From Bacteroidales bacterium (GTDB taxonomy: Bacteria; Bacteroidota; Bacteroidia; Bacteroidales; VadinHA17), in assembly GCA_012522155.1 (NCBI GenBank), contig JAAYKX010000245.1:1-49586 (forward strand): a stretch of DNA of 49,586 nt, written 5' to 3'. A program made the position numbers and the translations under genes. The number at the start of each line of letters is the position of its first letter. Position 1 is the stretch's first letter. Of the stretch, positions 1 to 9,916 are shown piece after piece. The notes below the pieces were generated by a model, which was given only the letters and a program-made list of their open reading frames with translations, had not been told where the DNA came from and made no database searches.

Positions 1-91
1 AACCAAATGCAAGCTGTGTACCTCTCTGGGCATTGCCTTTCATTCTCCCCTTCTGTGCTCTCCTGTATTTTGACCTTTTTGGCTGTAACAT
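1..91 (-). CDS. rplP: 50S ribosomal protein L16, 5' part only (runs off the left edge; absent from the ORF track)
   Basis: Reverse complement of 1-91 begins with ATG (91-89) and reads [30 protein letters not shown], the canonical L16 N-terminus. It lies directly downstream of rpsC, as in S10 operons. Confidence 0.9.
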   Translation of the reverse strand, partial: MLQPKRSKYRRAQKGRMKGNAQRGTQLAFG

Positions 92-127
92 GGATTATCT
101 GATTAAAAATTGTTCAACTATGCTTTT

Positions 128-826
128 TTATTTCTTTGGCTTTCTTCTCATGCCTTTACCCTTGCCGCCCCTTGCACCGATATTCGGACTGAGATCCCTT
201 TTGCCGTAAACCTCACCGTTGCATATCCATACCTTTATTCCTATGAGTCCCACCTTTGTGTGTGCCTCAGCCAGGGCATAATCAATATCGGCCCGGAAAG
301 TATGAAGGGGTATGCGGCCTTCCTTGTAGGTTTCGGTACGGGCCATCTCAGCACCTCCGAGTCTGCCCGAAACGACAACCTTGATCCCTTCAGCCCCCAT
401 ACGCATCGTGGATGCGATAGCCATCTTTATTGCACGCCTGTAGGATATTTTTCCTTCAATCTGCCTTGCTATGTTGTTGCTTACAATATTGGCATCCAGC
501 TCGGGACGCTTGATTTCAAAAATATTGATCTGTACTTCCTTCTTTGTAATATTCCTGAGCTCTTCCCTCAGTTTGTCGACCTCCTGACCGCCTTTGCCGA
601 TAATTATCCCGGGTCTGGCAGTATTCACGGTAACAGTAATGAGCTTGAGTGTACTTTCAATAATAATTTTTGAAATACTTGCCTTGGCAAGCCTGGCATT
701 GAGATATTCCCTTATTTTGGCATCTTCTATAAGCTTGCCGGAAAAATCCTTTCCGCCATACCAGTTGGAATCCCAGCCTTTTATTATGCCTAACCTGTTA
801 CTGGTCGGATTAACTTTTTGTCCCAT
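128..826 (-). CDS. rpsC: 30S ribosomal protein S3
   Basis: [25 protein letters not shown]... matches S3 along the full length, with a basic C-terminal tail. Operon context agrees. Confidence 0.97.
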   Translation of the reverse strand: MGQKVNPTSNRLGIIKGWDSNWYGGKDFSGKLIEDAKIREYLNARLAKASISKIIIESTLKLITVTVNTARPGIIIGKGGQEVDKLREELRNITKKEVQINIFEIKRPELDANIVSNNIARQIEGKISYRRAIKMAIASTMRMGAEGIKVVVSGRLGGAEMARTETYKEGRIPLHTFRADIDYALAEAHTKVGLIGIKVWICNGEVYGKRDLSPNIGARGGKGKGMRRKPKK

Positions 827-829
827 ATT

Positions 830-1249
830 CTATTTTTCAGTGTTTTCAGTTTCCTTCTCAAAAGTATCAAGCACAAGGGTTACATGGTTTGATCTTTTTC
901 TTATTCTGTGAGCCCTTCCCTGGGGAGCCGGCCGTAATCTTTTCAGAACACGCCCGCTGTCGACATAAATGGTTTTTACATATAGATTGCTGTCCTCAAT
1001 CCTCACTCCCTCATTCTTTGCCTGCCAGTTGGCAATAGCGGAAAGAAGCAGTTTTTCCACCCTGCGCGATGCTTCCTTTGAACTGTATTTCAATGTGTCA
1101 AGTGCCCTGTTCACTTCCATGCCCCTGATGAGATCGGTTACCAGTCTCATCTTCCTTGGTGAAGTGGGACAGTTTTTCAGCACAGCCTGGCTTCTTGCCA
1201 TAGAGGCTTCTTTTCTCCTTTCAGCTGAAATCCTTTTTCTCGCACCCAT
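830..1249 (-). CDS. rplV: 50S ribosomal protein L22
   Basis: [14 protein letters not shown]...[23 protein letters not shown] is a Bacteroidota-type L22. It sits between rpsS and rpsC. Confidence 0.96.
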   Translation of the reverse strand: MGARKRISAERRKEASMARSQAVLKNCPTSPRKMRLVTDLIRGMEVNRALDTLKYSSKEASRRVEKLLLSAIANWQAKNEGVRIEDSNLYVKTIYVDSGRVLKRLRPAPQGRAHRIRKRSNHVTLVLDTFEKETENTEK

Positions 1250-1281
1250 TTTATTATCTTTTCAATGTTTACTAATTCTGT

Positions 1282-1545
1282 TTACCTTTTACCCGCATGA
1301 GATCTGAAAGTTCGTGTAGGGGCAAATTCCCCGAGCTTATGACCCACCATGTTCTCAGTGATATACACCGGGATAAATTTGTTCCCGTTATGAATAGCTA
1401 TGGTATGTCCGACGAAGTCAGGGGATATCACTGACCTTCTTGACCAGGTCTTTATCACTGACTTTTTCCCGGATTCATTCATTTCCAGGACCCGCTTGTC
1501 GAGTTTATAATCAATGAAAGGACCTTTTTTAATCGATCTGCTCAT
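1282..1545 (-). CDS. rpsS: 30S ribosomal protein S19
   Basis: [15 protein letters not shown]...[29 protein letters not shown] is the S19 signature. Confidence 0.97.
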   Translation of the reverse strand: MSRSIKKGPFIDYKLDKRVLEMNESGKKSVIKTWSRRSVISPDFVGHTIAIHNGNKFIPVYITENMVGHKLGEFAPTRTFRSHAGKR

Positions 1546-1557
1546 ATTATATATATA

Positions 1558-2382
1558 TTATTTTTTCCTTTTTTCCAAAATATACTTTGAGGAATATTTT
1601 CTTGCCTTCCTCGTTTTGTATCCCTTAGCCCATAATCCTTTACGTGACCTGGGATGTCCTCCCGATGCTTTTCCTTCACCGCCCCCCATGGGATGGTCCA
1701 CCGGATTCATTGCCACACCCCTTGTCCTGGGACGGATTCCTTTCCAGCGTGAGCGGCCCGCCTTTCCGGATCTTTCAAGGCTGTGGTCGGGATTTGATAC
1801 CGCACCGATGGTTGCACGGCAGGTGGTCAGCACCAGCCTGGTCTCTCCCGAAGGAAGCTTAACGGTTGCATACTTGCCTTCGCGGGCTGATATCTGTGCA
1901 AAAGTTCCCGCACTTCTTGCCATGGCTGCCCCTTTGCCGGGTTTGAGTTCAATATTATGAACTATGGTTCCCAGGGGAATATCACTGAGAAACATGGTAT
2001 TGCCCGGCTCAGGCGTGGCTTCTTTGCCTGAAATGATCCTGTCACCGGTTTTAAGACCGGCAGGAGCTATGATATAACGCTTCTCCCCGTCCTCATACAC
2101 TACAAGAGCAATCCTTGCCGACCTGTTGGGATCATATTCAATTGACCTGACCGTTGCATGAATTCCGTCCTTGTCCCTGAGAAAGTCAATCACCCTGTAC
2201 ATCCTCTTGTGTCCGCCCCCCATATTTCTTACTGTCATCTTACCACGGGCATTCCTTCCCCCGGACTTTTTAAGAGGACGAAGAAGGGATTTCTCCGGTT
2301 CCGTGCTGGTTATGGTGTTGAAAGCACTTATAATCTTGTTTCTCTGACCTGGTGTAACAGGTTTTATCTTCCTGACTGCCAT
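1558..2382 (-). CDS. rplB: 50S ribosomal protein L2
   Basis: 274 aa, with ...[13 protein letters not shown]... and [13 protein letters not shown], which are L2 motifs. Confidence 0.97.
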   Translation of the reverse strand: MAVRKIKPVTPGQRNKIISAFNTITSTEPEKSLLRPLKKSGGRNARGKMTVRNMGGGHKRMYRVIDFLRDKDGIHATVRSIEYDPNRSARIALVVYEDGEKRYIIAPAGLKTGDRIISGKEATPEPGNTMFLSDIPLGTIVHNIELKPGKGAAMARSAGTFAQISAREGKYATVKLPSGETRLVLTTCRATIGAVSNPDHSLERSGKAGRSRWKGIRPRTRGVAMNPVDHPMGGGEGKASGGHPRSRKGLWAKGYKTRKARKYSSKYILEKRKK

Positions 2383-2388
2383 TTTATT

Positions 2389-2679
2389 TTATATATTGCT
2401 GTAGAAATCTATTTTACTGCCCTCGGCAAGGGTTATAATGGCCTTTTTTGTTGCTGCCGTCCTGCCGACCAGAAGGCCCGACCTGGTATTCCTTGTTTTT
2501 CTCTTGCCGCCGTAGTTCATGGTGTTGACATCTTCAACCGTAACGCCATAAAGCTCCTCGACAGCCTTCTTTATCTGTATCTTGTTTGCATTCCTTGCAA
2601 CGATGAAACCATAGCGATTAAACTTATCACCCTGATCTGTCATCTTTTCCGTTACTATCGGTTTTAGTAAAATATTCAT
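2389..2679 (-). CDS. rplW: 50S ribosomal protein L23
   Basis: 96 aa, ILLKPIVTEKMT... matches L23. Position between rplD and rplB agrees. Confidence 0.95.
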   Translation of the reverse strand: MNILLKPIVTEKMTDQGDKFNRYGFIVARNANKIQIKKAVEELYGVTVEDVNTMNYGGKRKTRNTRSGLLVGRTAATKKAIITLAEGSKIDFYSNI

Positions 2680-2699
2680 CTCTTAAATCTTACTGGTTT

Positions 2700-3323
2700 T
2701 TATAAAGCTGACTGCAAAACATCAACCGCACTCTCCACAAATACCAGGGTTGACGCCTTCATGATTTTGTATGTACATAGCTCTCTGGCTGTTACAACCT
2801 CAACTCCCTGCACATTTCGGGATGACAAATATATATTTTTATTTTGTTCCGGTAAAACAAACAGTGAATTTTTGTTACTCAGATTCAGGCTGTCACCTAT
2901 TTTAACAAATTCCCTTGTCTTCGGGGCTTCAATCGTAAAATCTTCCAGAACAATAATATTGTTTGATAAAGCCTTATAAGAGAGGGCTGATTTTCTTGCC
3001 AGGTCTTTTACTTTTTTATTCAGCTTGAATCCGTAATCTCTTGGTCTTGGCCCGAATGCACGTCCACCACCCCTGAAAATCGGATTTTTGTTACTGCCTG
3101 CACGGGCCGTCCCGGTTCCCTTCTGCCTTTTTATTTTCCTGTTACTGCCGGCAATTTCTGCACGTTGCTTGGTTTTATGAGTACCCTGGCGCTGGTTTGC
3201 AAGGAACTGCTTTGTATCCAGATATATTGCATGGTCATTTGGTTCTATGCCAAAAACTGAATCATTCAGCAGAACTTTTCGTCCGGTTTCCTCACCCTGA
3301 ATATTAAGAACAGCTAATTCCAT
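2700..3323 (-). CDS. rplD: 50S ribosomal protein L4
   Basis: 207 aa with [12 protein letters not shown]...[15 protein letters not shown], the L4 motif. Confidence 0.96.
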   Translation of the reverse strand: MELAVLNIQGEETGRKVLLNDSVFGIEPNDHAIYLDTKQFLANQRQGTHKTKQRAEIAGSNRKIKRQKGTGTARAGSNKNPIFRGGGRAFGPRPRDYGFKLNKKVKDLARKSALSYKALSNNIIVLEDFTIEAPKTREFVKIGDSLNLSNKNSLFVLPEQNKNIYLSSRNVQGVEVVTARELCTYKIMKASTLVFVESAVDVLQSAL

Positions 3324-3943
3324 TATTTCAAAATTATTACATATGCTCCATTAGGACCTGGAACAGATCCTTTTACTATCAATATATTATCTTCTTCCAT
3401 AAGTTTCATTATCCTCAGACTTTCCGACAGTACCTTTTTACTGCCGGTCTGTCCCGGCATTTTCATTCCGCGGAACACTCTTGAAGGAGATGAAGAGCCT
3501 CCGAGTGAGCCCCCTGACCTCTGCCTGTTATGCTGACCGTGCGATGCGTCTCCCACACCACTGAAGCCATGGCGCTTAACCACACCCTGGAATCCTTTTC
3601 CCTTTGACCAGCCGCGCACATCAACCCACATGTCCGAGCGGAATATCTCCGCCGTAAGAACTTCTCCCTCCTTTAAAGCGGATGTGTCAAAACCCTTAAA
3701 TTCTGCAACCATTTTCTTGGGTGCTGTATTGGCCTTTTTAAAATGCCCTATTTCTGCTTTTGTTGCATGTTTTTCCTTCCTGTCCTCAAAACCAAGCTGG
3801 ATGGCAGAATATCCGTCCTTTTCCCTTGTCTTCACCTGTGTGACAACACATGGCCCGGCCTGAAGGACAGTGCATGCGACATTCCTTCCCTCCTCATCAA
3901 AGAGGGAGGTCATTCCGATCTTCTTACCGATTAATCCCTGCAT
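3323..3943 (-). CDS. rplC: 50S ribosomal protein L3
   Basis: [19 protein letters not shown]...[13 protein letters not shown] is the L3 signature. It overlaps rplD by 1 nt. Confidence 0.97.
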   Translation of the reverse strand: MQGLIGKKIGMTSLFDEEGRNVACTVLQAGPCVVTQVKTREKDGYSAIQLGFEDRKEKHATKAEIGHFKKANTAPKKMVAEFKGFDTSALKEGEVLTAEIFRSDMWVDVRGWSKGKGFQGVVKRHGFSGVGDASHGQHNRQRSGGSLGGSSSPSRVFRGMKMPGQTGSKKVLSESLRIMKLMEEDNILIVKGSVPGPNGAYVIILK

Positions 3944-3965
3944 TTCTATAAATCTTTAACTGCTT

Positions 3966-4271
3966 TTATACTTTTATTTCAACCTCAACACCACTTGGCA
4001 GCTCAAGTTTCATAAGAGCATCAATGGTCTTTGGAGTGGAGCTGTAAATATCCAGCAACCTCTTGTATGAAGAAAGCTGAAACTGCTCCCTGGCCTTTTT
4101 ATTAACAAAGGGTGACCGCAGAACCGTATATATCTTCTTGTGAGTGGGCAGCGGGATTGGTCCGCTTACCACAGCCCCGGTCGACTTTACGGTTTTTACG
4201 ATCTTTTCTGCTGATTTATCAACCAGGTTATGATCGTAGGATTTCAGTTTGATACGAATTTTCTGACTCAT
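3966..4271 (-). CDS. rpsJ: 30S ribosomal protein S10
   Basis: [21 protein letters not shown]...GPIPLPT matches S10. Confidence 0.97.
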   Translation of the reverse strand: MSQKIRIKLKSYDHNLVDKSAEKIVKTVKSTGAVVSGPIPLPTHKKIYTVLRSPFVNKKAREQFQLSSYKRLLDIYSSTPKTIDALMKLELPSGVEVEIKV

Positions 4272-4273
4272 CT

Positions 4274-6376
4274 TTAGAGAATTTTTCCTTTAGTAATTTC
4301 AACTACTCTGTTTGCTATTTCTGCAGGCACTTCTTCATAGTGTGAAAACTCCATTGTTGAAGTCGCCCTCCCGGAGGTGAGGGTACGGAGCACGGTAACA
4401 TAACCGAACTTTTCCGCCAGGGGTACCTTTGCCCTGACAACCCTGGAACCTGCCTTGGATTCCATTCCTTCCACCCTGCCCCTTCTTCTGTTGAAGTCGC
4501 TGATGACATCACCGACATATTCTTCGGGAGTGACCACTTCCGTCGACATTACCGGTTCAAGGAGTACCGGATGACATTTGCCCGAATATCTTCTGAATGC
4601 CTGTTTTGCCGCGATCTCGAATGACAGATCATCGGAATCAACCGGATGAAAAGATCCGTCCTTTAATATTATTTTAAGGCTTTCCAGAGGGAAGCCGGCC
4701 AGTGGCCCGTTCAACATCGCCTCACGAAATCCTTTTTCAACTGAAGGGATATATTCCTTTGGTATATTCCCTCCCTTAACCTCATTCAGGAACTGAAGTC
4801 CCCTTATCCCGTTGTCCGCAGGCATCATCTCAACAGTAATGTCTGCATATTTGCCCCTGCCTCCCGTCTGTCTCTTGAATACTTCCCGGAATTCCGCAGA
4901 AGTGGTGATAGCTTCCTTGTATGCGACCTGCGGTGCTCCCTGGTTACATTCAACATTGAATTCCCTTTTCAGGCGGTTTATGAGAATATCCAGGTGAAGC
5001 TCCCCCATGCCGCTTATTATCGTCTGGCCGCTGTCCTCATCAATTTTTACCCTGAAGGTAGGATCCTCTTCTGCCAGTTTTGAAAGGGCTATTGAAAGCC
5101 TGTCAACATCTGCCTGGGTTTTGGGTTCAACGGCTATTCCGAGAACCGGATCGGGAAAATCCATCGATTCAAGAAGAATGGGCTTGTGAATGGCACAAAG
5201 CGTATCACCCGTCCTCAGATCCTTGAATCCCACCGCAGCACATATATCGCCTGCGGAAATTTCAGGGGTCTGATCCTGCTTGTTGGCATGCATCCTGAAA
5301 AGGCGGTTTATCCTTTCACGCTTTCCGGTACGTACATTCAATACCATATCCCCTGCCTTCAGCACCCCGGAATATACTCTCAGGAATGCGAGCCGCCCTG
5401 CAAAGGGGTCAGTTGCTATCTTAAAGGCAAGAGCTGAAAACGGTTCATTTTTATCAGGATCACGTGTAATCTCCTCATTGTTCCTCGGGTCAGTTCCTTT
5501 TACAGCACCTATATCAACAGGCGACGGAAGAAATGCGGCAATAGCATCGAGAAGGCTCTGAATACCCTTGTTCCTGAAAGAAGCCCCGCACAGTACCGGA
5601 ACAATGTTTCCGTCAATAACCGGTTTTCTCAGTGCCCTGAGTATCTCTTCGGCAGTTATTGACTTATGGTCTTCAACATATCTTTCCAGGAGTGTTTCAT
5701 CCGTCTCTGCCAGGATTTCAACAAGTTTTCCCCTCCATTCCTCAGCCTCCGCGAGAAGGCCGGCAGGAATACTTTCGGTTCTGAAAGCGGAGCCCGGTGA
5801 GTCATCATCACTGTATATCCTTGCCTCCATCCGGATCAGGTCAACAAGTCCACTGAAATTCTCTTCCGACCCTACCGGTATCTGTACCGGGACGGGCTGT
5901 GAGTTCAGCTTCTCCCTGATCTGACTGACAACACTGTAAAAATCCGCACCGCTGCGATCCATCTTATTTATAAAAGCCAGTCTGGGTACCCTGTACTTGT
6001 CTGCCTGGCGCCAGACTGTCTCCGACTGGGGTTCAACACCTCCCACTGCACAAAATACTGCAACGGCACCGTCAAGAACCCTCAGCGACCTTTCAACTTC
6101 CACCGTAAAATCAACATGTCCGGGAGTATCAATTATATTGATCCTGTAATCTTCATTATTATATTTCCAGTAAGTGGTTGTGGCGGCGGATGTAATTGTT
6201 ATTCCCCTTTCCTGTTCCTGAACCATCCAGTCCATCTGGGCATTTCCGTCATGGACTTCTCCCATACGGTGGGTACGACCGGTATAATACAGAATACGTT
6301 CCGTAGTAGTGGTCTTACCGGCATCTATATGAGCCATGATCCCGATGTTTCTGGTATATTTCAGATCCCTGTCCAT
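4274..6376 (-). CDS. fusA: Elongation factor G (canonical)
   Basis: From ATG 6376 it reads [23 protein letters not shown], with DTPGHVDF and NKMD motifs, 700 aa. The track ORF extends to 6484, but that extension overlaps rpsG and has no EF-G homology. Confidence 0.96.
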   Translation of the reverse strand: MDRDLKYTRNIGIMAHIDAGKTTTTERILYYTGRTHRMGEVHDGNAQMDWMVQEQERGITITSAATTTYWKYNNEDYRINIIDTPGHVDFTVEVERSLRVLDGAVAVFCAVGGVEPQSETVWRQADKYRVPRLAFINKMDRSGADFYSVVSQIREKLNSQPVPVQIPVGSEENFSGLVDLIRMEARIYSDDDSPGSAFRTESIPAGLLAEAEEWRGKLVEILAETDETLLERYVEDHKSITAEEILRALRKPVIDGNIVPVLCGASFRNKGIQSLLDAIAAFLPSPVDIGAVKGTDPRNNEEITRDPDKNEPFSALAFKIATDPFAGRLAFLRVYSGVLKAGDMVLNVRTGKRERINRLFRMHANKQDQTPEISAGDICAAVGFKDLRTGDTLCAIHKPILLESMDFPDPVLGIAVEPKTQADVDRLSIALSKLAEEDPTFRVKIDEDSGQTIISGMGELHLDILINRLKREFNVECNQGAPQVAYKEAITTSAEFREVFKRQTGGRGKYADITVEMMPADNGIRGLQFLNEVKGGNIPKEYIPSVEKGFREAMLNGPLAGFPLESLKIILKDGSFHPVDSDDLSFEIAAKQAFRRYSGKCHPVLLEPVMSTEVVTPEEYVGDVISDFNRRRGRVEGMESKAGSRVVRAKVPLAEKFGYVTVLRTLTSGRATSTMEFSHYEEVPAEIANRVVEITKGKIL

Positions 6377-6401
6377 AAATTCTGTCCGCCTTTCCGTGAT
6401 A

Positions 6402-6878
6402 TTAAAATCTGAAATGGGCAAAAGCCTTGTTTGCTTCAGCCATCCTGTGAGTGTCTTCCTTTCTCTTGTAGGCCCCGCCCTCAAGCCTGTAAGCTGCTAT
6501 AAGCTCGGCTGCAAGCCTTTCCGCCATGGAACGGCCTGACCTTTTACGCGCAAACATTATCATGTTCTTCATGCTTATGCTCACCTTGCGGTCGGGACGG
6601 ACTTCCATAGGCACCTGGAAAGTGGCACCTCCGACACGGCGTGCCTTGACTTCAACCTGTGGTGTAACATTTTCCAGAGCCTGCTTGAAAATTTCAAGAG
6701 GCGTTTTTTCTTCCTCCTTCAATTTGTCACCAATGATTTCGAGTGAGTCGTAAAAAATCTTATATGCAGTACTTTTCTTGCCATTGAACATAAGATTATT
6801 CACAAACCTCGTTACAAACGGATCATTAAACTTCGGATCCGGTAACAGAATTCTCTTCTTTGGCTTAATTTTTCTCAT
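6402..6878 (-). CDS. rpsG: 30S ribosomal protein S7
   Basis: 158 aa, [19 protein letters not shown]...[12 protein letters not shown] matches S7. Confidence 0.97.
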   Translation of the reverse strand: MRKIKPKKRILLPDPKFNDPFVTRFVNNLMFNGKKSTAYKIFYDSLEIIGDKLKEEEKTPLEIFKQALENVTPQVEVKARRVGGATFQVPMEVRPDRKVSISMKNMIMFARKRSGRSMAERLAAELIAAYRLEGGAYKRKEDTHRMAEANKAFAHFRF

Positions 6879-6896
6879 TACTATAATCTGTTTATG

Positions 6897-7271
6897 TTAC
6901 TTCTTTGGCTTTTTGGTGCCATATTTTGACCTTCTCTGCGTACGGCCGTCAACTCCAGAAGTATCAAGGGCCCCGCGTACCAGATGATATCTGACACCGG
7001 GAAGATCCTTTACCCTGCCGCCTCTTATCAGTACTATGGAGTGCTCCTGAAGGTTGTGTCCCTCACCCGGAATATAGGCATTCACTTCCTTCTGATTGGT
7101 GAGCCTGACCCTGGCAACCTTCCTCATTGCTGAATTTGGTTTCTTTGGAGTGGTGGTATAAACACGAACACATACACCCCTCTTCTGAGGACATGAATCC
7201 AGGGCAGGAGCTTTACTCTTTTCCTTCAGCTTTTTTCTGCCTTTTCTAACCAGTTGTTGAATAGTCGGCAT
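6897..7271 (-). CDS. rpsL: 30S ribosomal protein S12
   Basis: [12 protein letters not shown]...[16 protein letters not shown] matches S12. It is the first gene of the str operon. Confidence 0.97.
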   Translation of the reverse strand: MPTIQQLVRKGRKKLKEKSKAPALDSCPQKRGVCVRVYTTTPKKPNSAMRKVARVRLTNQKEVNAYIPGEGHNLQEHSIVLIRGGRVKDLPGVRYHLVRGALDTSGVDGRTQRRSKYGTKKPKK

Positions 7272-7317
7272 ATTTCTCTTTTCTTTTATATTAATTTTTA
7301 CTTAAAAAATCGGCTCG

Positions 7318-7325
7318 CAAAGGTA
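7318..7325 (-). promoter_or_regulatory. Candidate Bacteroidota -7 promoter box (TAnnTTTG) for the rpsL operon
   Basis: The minus strand reads TACCTTTG, about 47 nt upstream of the rpsL ATG, and a TTTG lies further upstream (7343-7340). This is a motif match only. Confidence 0.3.
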
Positions 7326-7687
7326 TTCAATTTATTAATCAAAACAACAGACCCGGTCTGATTTTTTTTGTCCGGAAACAAATCATAGCATTACCCTCTG
7401 CAGATGAGACTTAAAGTACATCTGAACATCAATCCGCTGCTGTCTGTGTAAACTTGTCTGTAAGCTTCGAACAGGTTCCTTCCCGATCTTTCCCGGAGAA
7501 ATCTCTTTTGTAAACTTACTGCTGAGGGAAATACCGGTACTCCTGCATTTCAAAAAACTGCTGCAAAGAAAATAAAATTTTTGTAATTATGCCTTACCTG
7601 ACAGACAGTTTTTAAAAAATTGTTAATTTTGTCAGCCCCATGCAGGGAATGTTTAATTAATTACCTACTAAACAATTTATTATAATC

Positions 7688-9844
7688 ATGAAGACATACC
7701 AGACTGACCAGATAAAAAACATTGTACTCCTGGGCAATTCAGGATCGGGTAAGACTATTCTGGGAGAAACAATGCTTTTTAACAGCGGCTCAATTGAAAG
7801 AAGAGGAACAGTTGAGGGAAAAAACACGGTATCTGACTATCGTCCGATAGAACATGAAAACGGCAACTCGATTTTTTCAACGGTGCTTTTTTCGGAATAT
7901 CACAATAAAAAAATAAATATCATTGACACTCCGGGACTTGACGATTTCTCTGGTGGTGTCGTTTCCTCCCTTTATGCATCCGACCTGGCAGTAATGGTGA
8001 TCAATGTTCAGAACGGGGTTGAAGTAGGTACCGAAATTCATTTCCGGCATGCCGCCGGTGTTCAGAAACCAATGATAATGGTGATCAACGGCCTGGATCA
8101 TGAAAAGGCCAATTTCGAAAAATCCGTCGAAACGATGAAGGAAAGACTGAGCAGCGATGTAATGCTTGTTCAGTATCCCCTGGATGAAGGAACCGGTTTC
8201 AGCACGGTGATCGATGTCATCAGGATGAAAATGCTCCGTTACGGAAAGGACGGCGGCAAGGCCGAGGTTCTTGACATTCCTGCAGACGAGGCCGGCAAGG
8301 CTGCCGAACTTCACTATGCTCTTGTTGAAAGGGCAGCTGAAAGCGATGAGGAACTGATGGAGCAGTTCTTCGCCAATGACACACTCAATGAAGAAGAAAT
8401 AAAAAAAGGCATTGCAAAGGGAATCATTTCAAGAAGCATATTCCCGGTTTTCTGCATATCGGCAAAAAACAATACCGGAGTGGACTCCCTGATGGATTTT
8501 ATTGCAGACCAGGGACCTTCCATCACCGACATGCCCGGCCTGAAAAACAGCAAAGGAGAGATGGTAAAGGCTGACCCGGCCGGTCCGGCATCTCTTTATA
8601 TATTTAAATCATCCATTGAAGAACATATCGGGGAAATAAATTATTTCAGGGTTCTTTCCGGGAAGATAAGCGAAAACCTGGATGTCGTCAACACCAGTAA
8701 CGGGACAAGGGAAAGACTGGCTCAGCTGTATGTCTGTTCAGGGAAAAGCAGGACCAAGGTCCCTGTTATTCATACCGGAGATATCGGAGCCCTTGTAAAG
8801 CTGAAAAACACAAGGATGGGGCATACCCTCAATGCACCCGGCAACGACTGGATGTACGAAGGTGTAATATTTCCCGAACCGAAATACAGAACAGCAATAA
8901 AGGCCCTGAGTGAGAGTGACGATGAAAAGCTGGGTGAAGCCCTCAGCAGGATACACCTGGAGGATCCCACCATTATAGTTGAATATTCGAAGGAGCTCAA
9001 GCAGATACTGGTTCATGGCCAGGGTGAATACCACCTCAGCATAATGAAATGGCATCTCGATAATATCTACAGGATACCTGCCAGTTTCAGCACCCCGCGG
9101 ATACCATACCGCGAAACAATAACCAGGGCTGCACAGGCCGACTACAGGCATAAGAAGCAGTCTGGCGGTGCCGGCCAGTTTGGTGAGGTTCACATGATCA
9201 TTGAGCCCTATACTGAAGGAAGTCCGGAACTTTCAATGCAGAAATTCGGAGGAAAGGAAATAAAACTCTCCGTGCGGAACAAGGAAGAGATTGATCTTGA
9301 ATGGGGAGGAAAGCTTATATATGTAAACTGTATTGTAGGCGGAACCATCGACGGCCGGTTTATGCCTGCCATACTGAAAGGCATCATGGAGAAGATGGAG
9401 GAAGGTCCGCTCACAGGTTCCTATGCACGTGACATCAGGGTATATGTTTACGACGGCAAGATGCATCCGGTTGATTCCAACGAGATATCCTTCAGGCTTG
9501 CCGGCCGCAATGCTTTCAATATGGCATTCAAGAATGCCGGTCCCAAAATACTTGAACCTATCTATGAGGTTGAGATCATGGTTCCTTCCGACCGGATGGG
9601 CGATGTTATCAGTGACCTCCAGAGCCGCCGCGGAATAGTACTGGGAATGAGCAGCAAAGACAGGTTTGAGGTAATAAGGGCAAGAGTCCCGCTTGCTGAA
9701 ATGAACAAGTATTCAACAGCACTCAGCTCAATCACCGGGGGCCGTGCTGTATATACAATGAAATTTGCAGAATATTCACAGGTCCCGGGAGATGTCCAGG
9801 AAGCAGTAATCAAGGCATACTCCGAAGAAGAGGAAGAAGAATAA
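7688..9844 (+). CDS. EF-G paralogue (EF-G2-like translational GTPase-family protein)
   Basis: 718 aa with full EF-G domain architecture. P-loop is GNSGSGKT and G3 is DTPG. G4 reads NGLD instead of NKMD, and switch I reads ENGNSIFS instead of ERGITITS. It is divergent from the str operon. Confidence 0.9.
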   Translation: MKTYQTDQIKNIVLLGNSGSGKTILGETMLFNSGSIERRGTVEGKNTVSDYRPIEHENGNSIFSTVLFSEYHNKKINIIDTPGLDDFSGGVVSSLYASDLAVMVINVQNGVEVGTEIHFRHAAGVQKPMIMVINGLDHEKANFEKSVETMKERLSSDVMLVQYPLDEGTGFSTVIDVIRMKMLRYGKDGGKAEVLDIPADEAGKAAELHYALVERAAESDEELMEQFFANDTLNEEEIKKGIAKGIISRSIFPVFCISAKNNTGVDSLMDFIADQGPSITDMPGLKNSKGEMVKADPAGPASLYIFKSSIEEHIGEINYFRVLSGKISENLDVVNTSNGTRERLAQLYVCSGKSRTKVPVIHTGDIGALVKLKNTRMGHTLNAPGNDWMYEGVIFPEPKYRTAIKALSESDDEKLGEALSRIHLEDPTIIVEYSKELKQILVHGQGEYHLSIMKWHLDNIYRIPASFSTPRIPYRETITRAAQADYRHKKQSGGAGQFGEVHMIIEPYTEGSPELSMQKFGGKEIKLSVRNKEEIDLEWGGKLIYVNCIVGGTIDGRFMPAILKGIMEKMEEGPLTGSYARDIRVYVYDGKMHPVDSNEISFRLAGRNAFNMAFKNAGPKILEPIYEVEIMVPSDRMGDVISDLQSRRGIVLGMSSKDRFEVIRARVPLAEMNKYSTALSSITGGRAVYTMKFAEYSQVPGDVQEAVIKAYSEEEEEE

Positions 9845-9870
9845 AATATCAATACAATTACCATAAAACG

Positions 9871-9914
9871 AATCCCGCTTCTGCATTCATATTTCAGCAA
9901 AAGCGGGATTTTAG
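9871..9914. terminator. Hairpin between convergent EF-G2 and RND genes (probable bidirectional terminator)
   Basis: aatcccgctt (9871-9880) pairs with aagcgggatt (9901-9910), a 10-bp stem with a 20-nt loop. It is followed by a T-rich stretch, ttagtttc. Confidence 0.5.
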
Positions 9915-9916
9915 TT

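Noticed and set aside
110-673. Long antisense ORFs in the track, for example 110..673, 1514..1960, 10335..10736, 20710..21294, 30090..30773, 35531..36166 and 43320..43910
   Set aside because: Each lies entirely opposite a confidently identified gene, has no recognisable motifs and has low-complexity or hydrophobic shadow-ORF composition.
6377-6484. N-terminal 36-aa extension of fusA in the ORF track
   Set aside because: The extension overlaps the rpsG 3' end and has no EF-G similarity. The canonical N-terminus [23 protein letters not shown] starts at ATG 6376.
7348-7370. Terminator-like hairpin plus T8 run in the rpsL / EF-G2 divergent intergenic region (possible small RNA end or attenuator)
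   Set aside because: The palindrome cagacc-c-ggtctg leaves a 1-nt loop, so only about 4 bp could really pair. No upstream plus-strand transcription unit is evident. The evidence is too weak to call.
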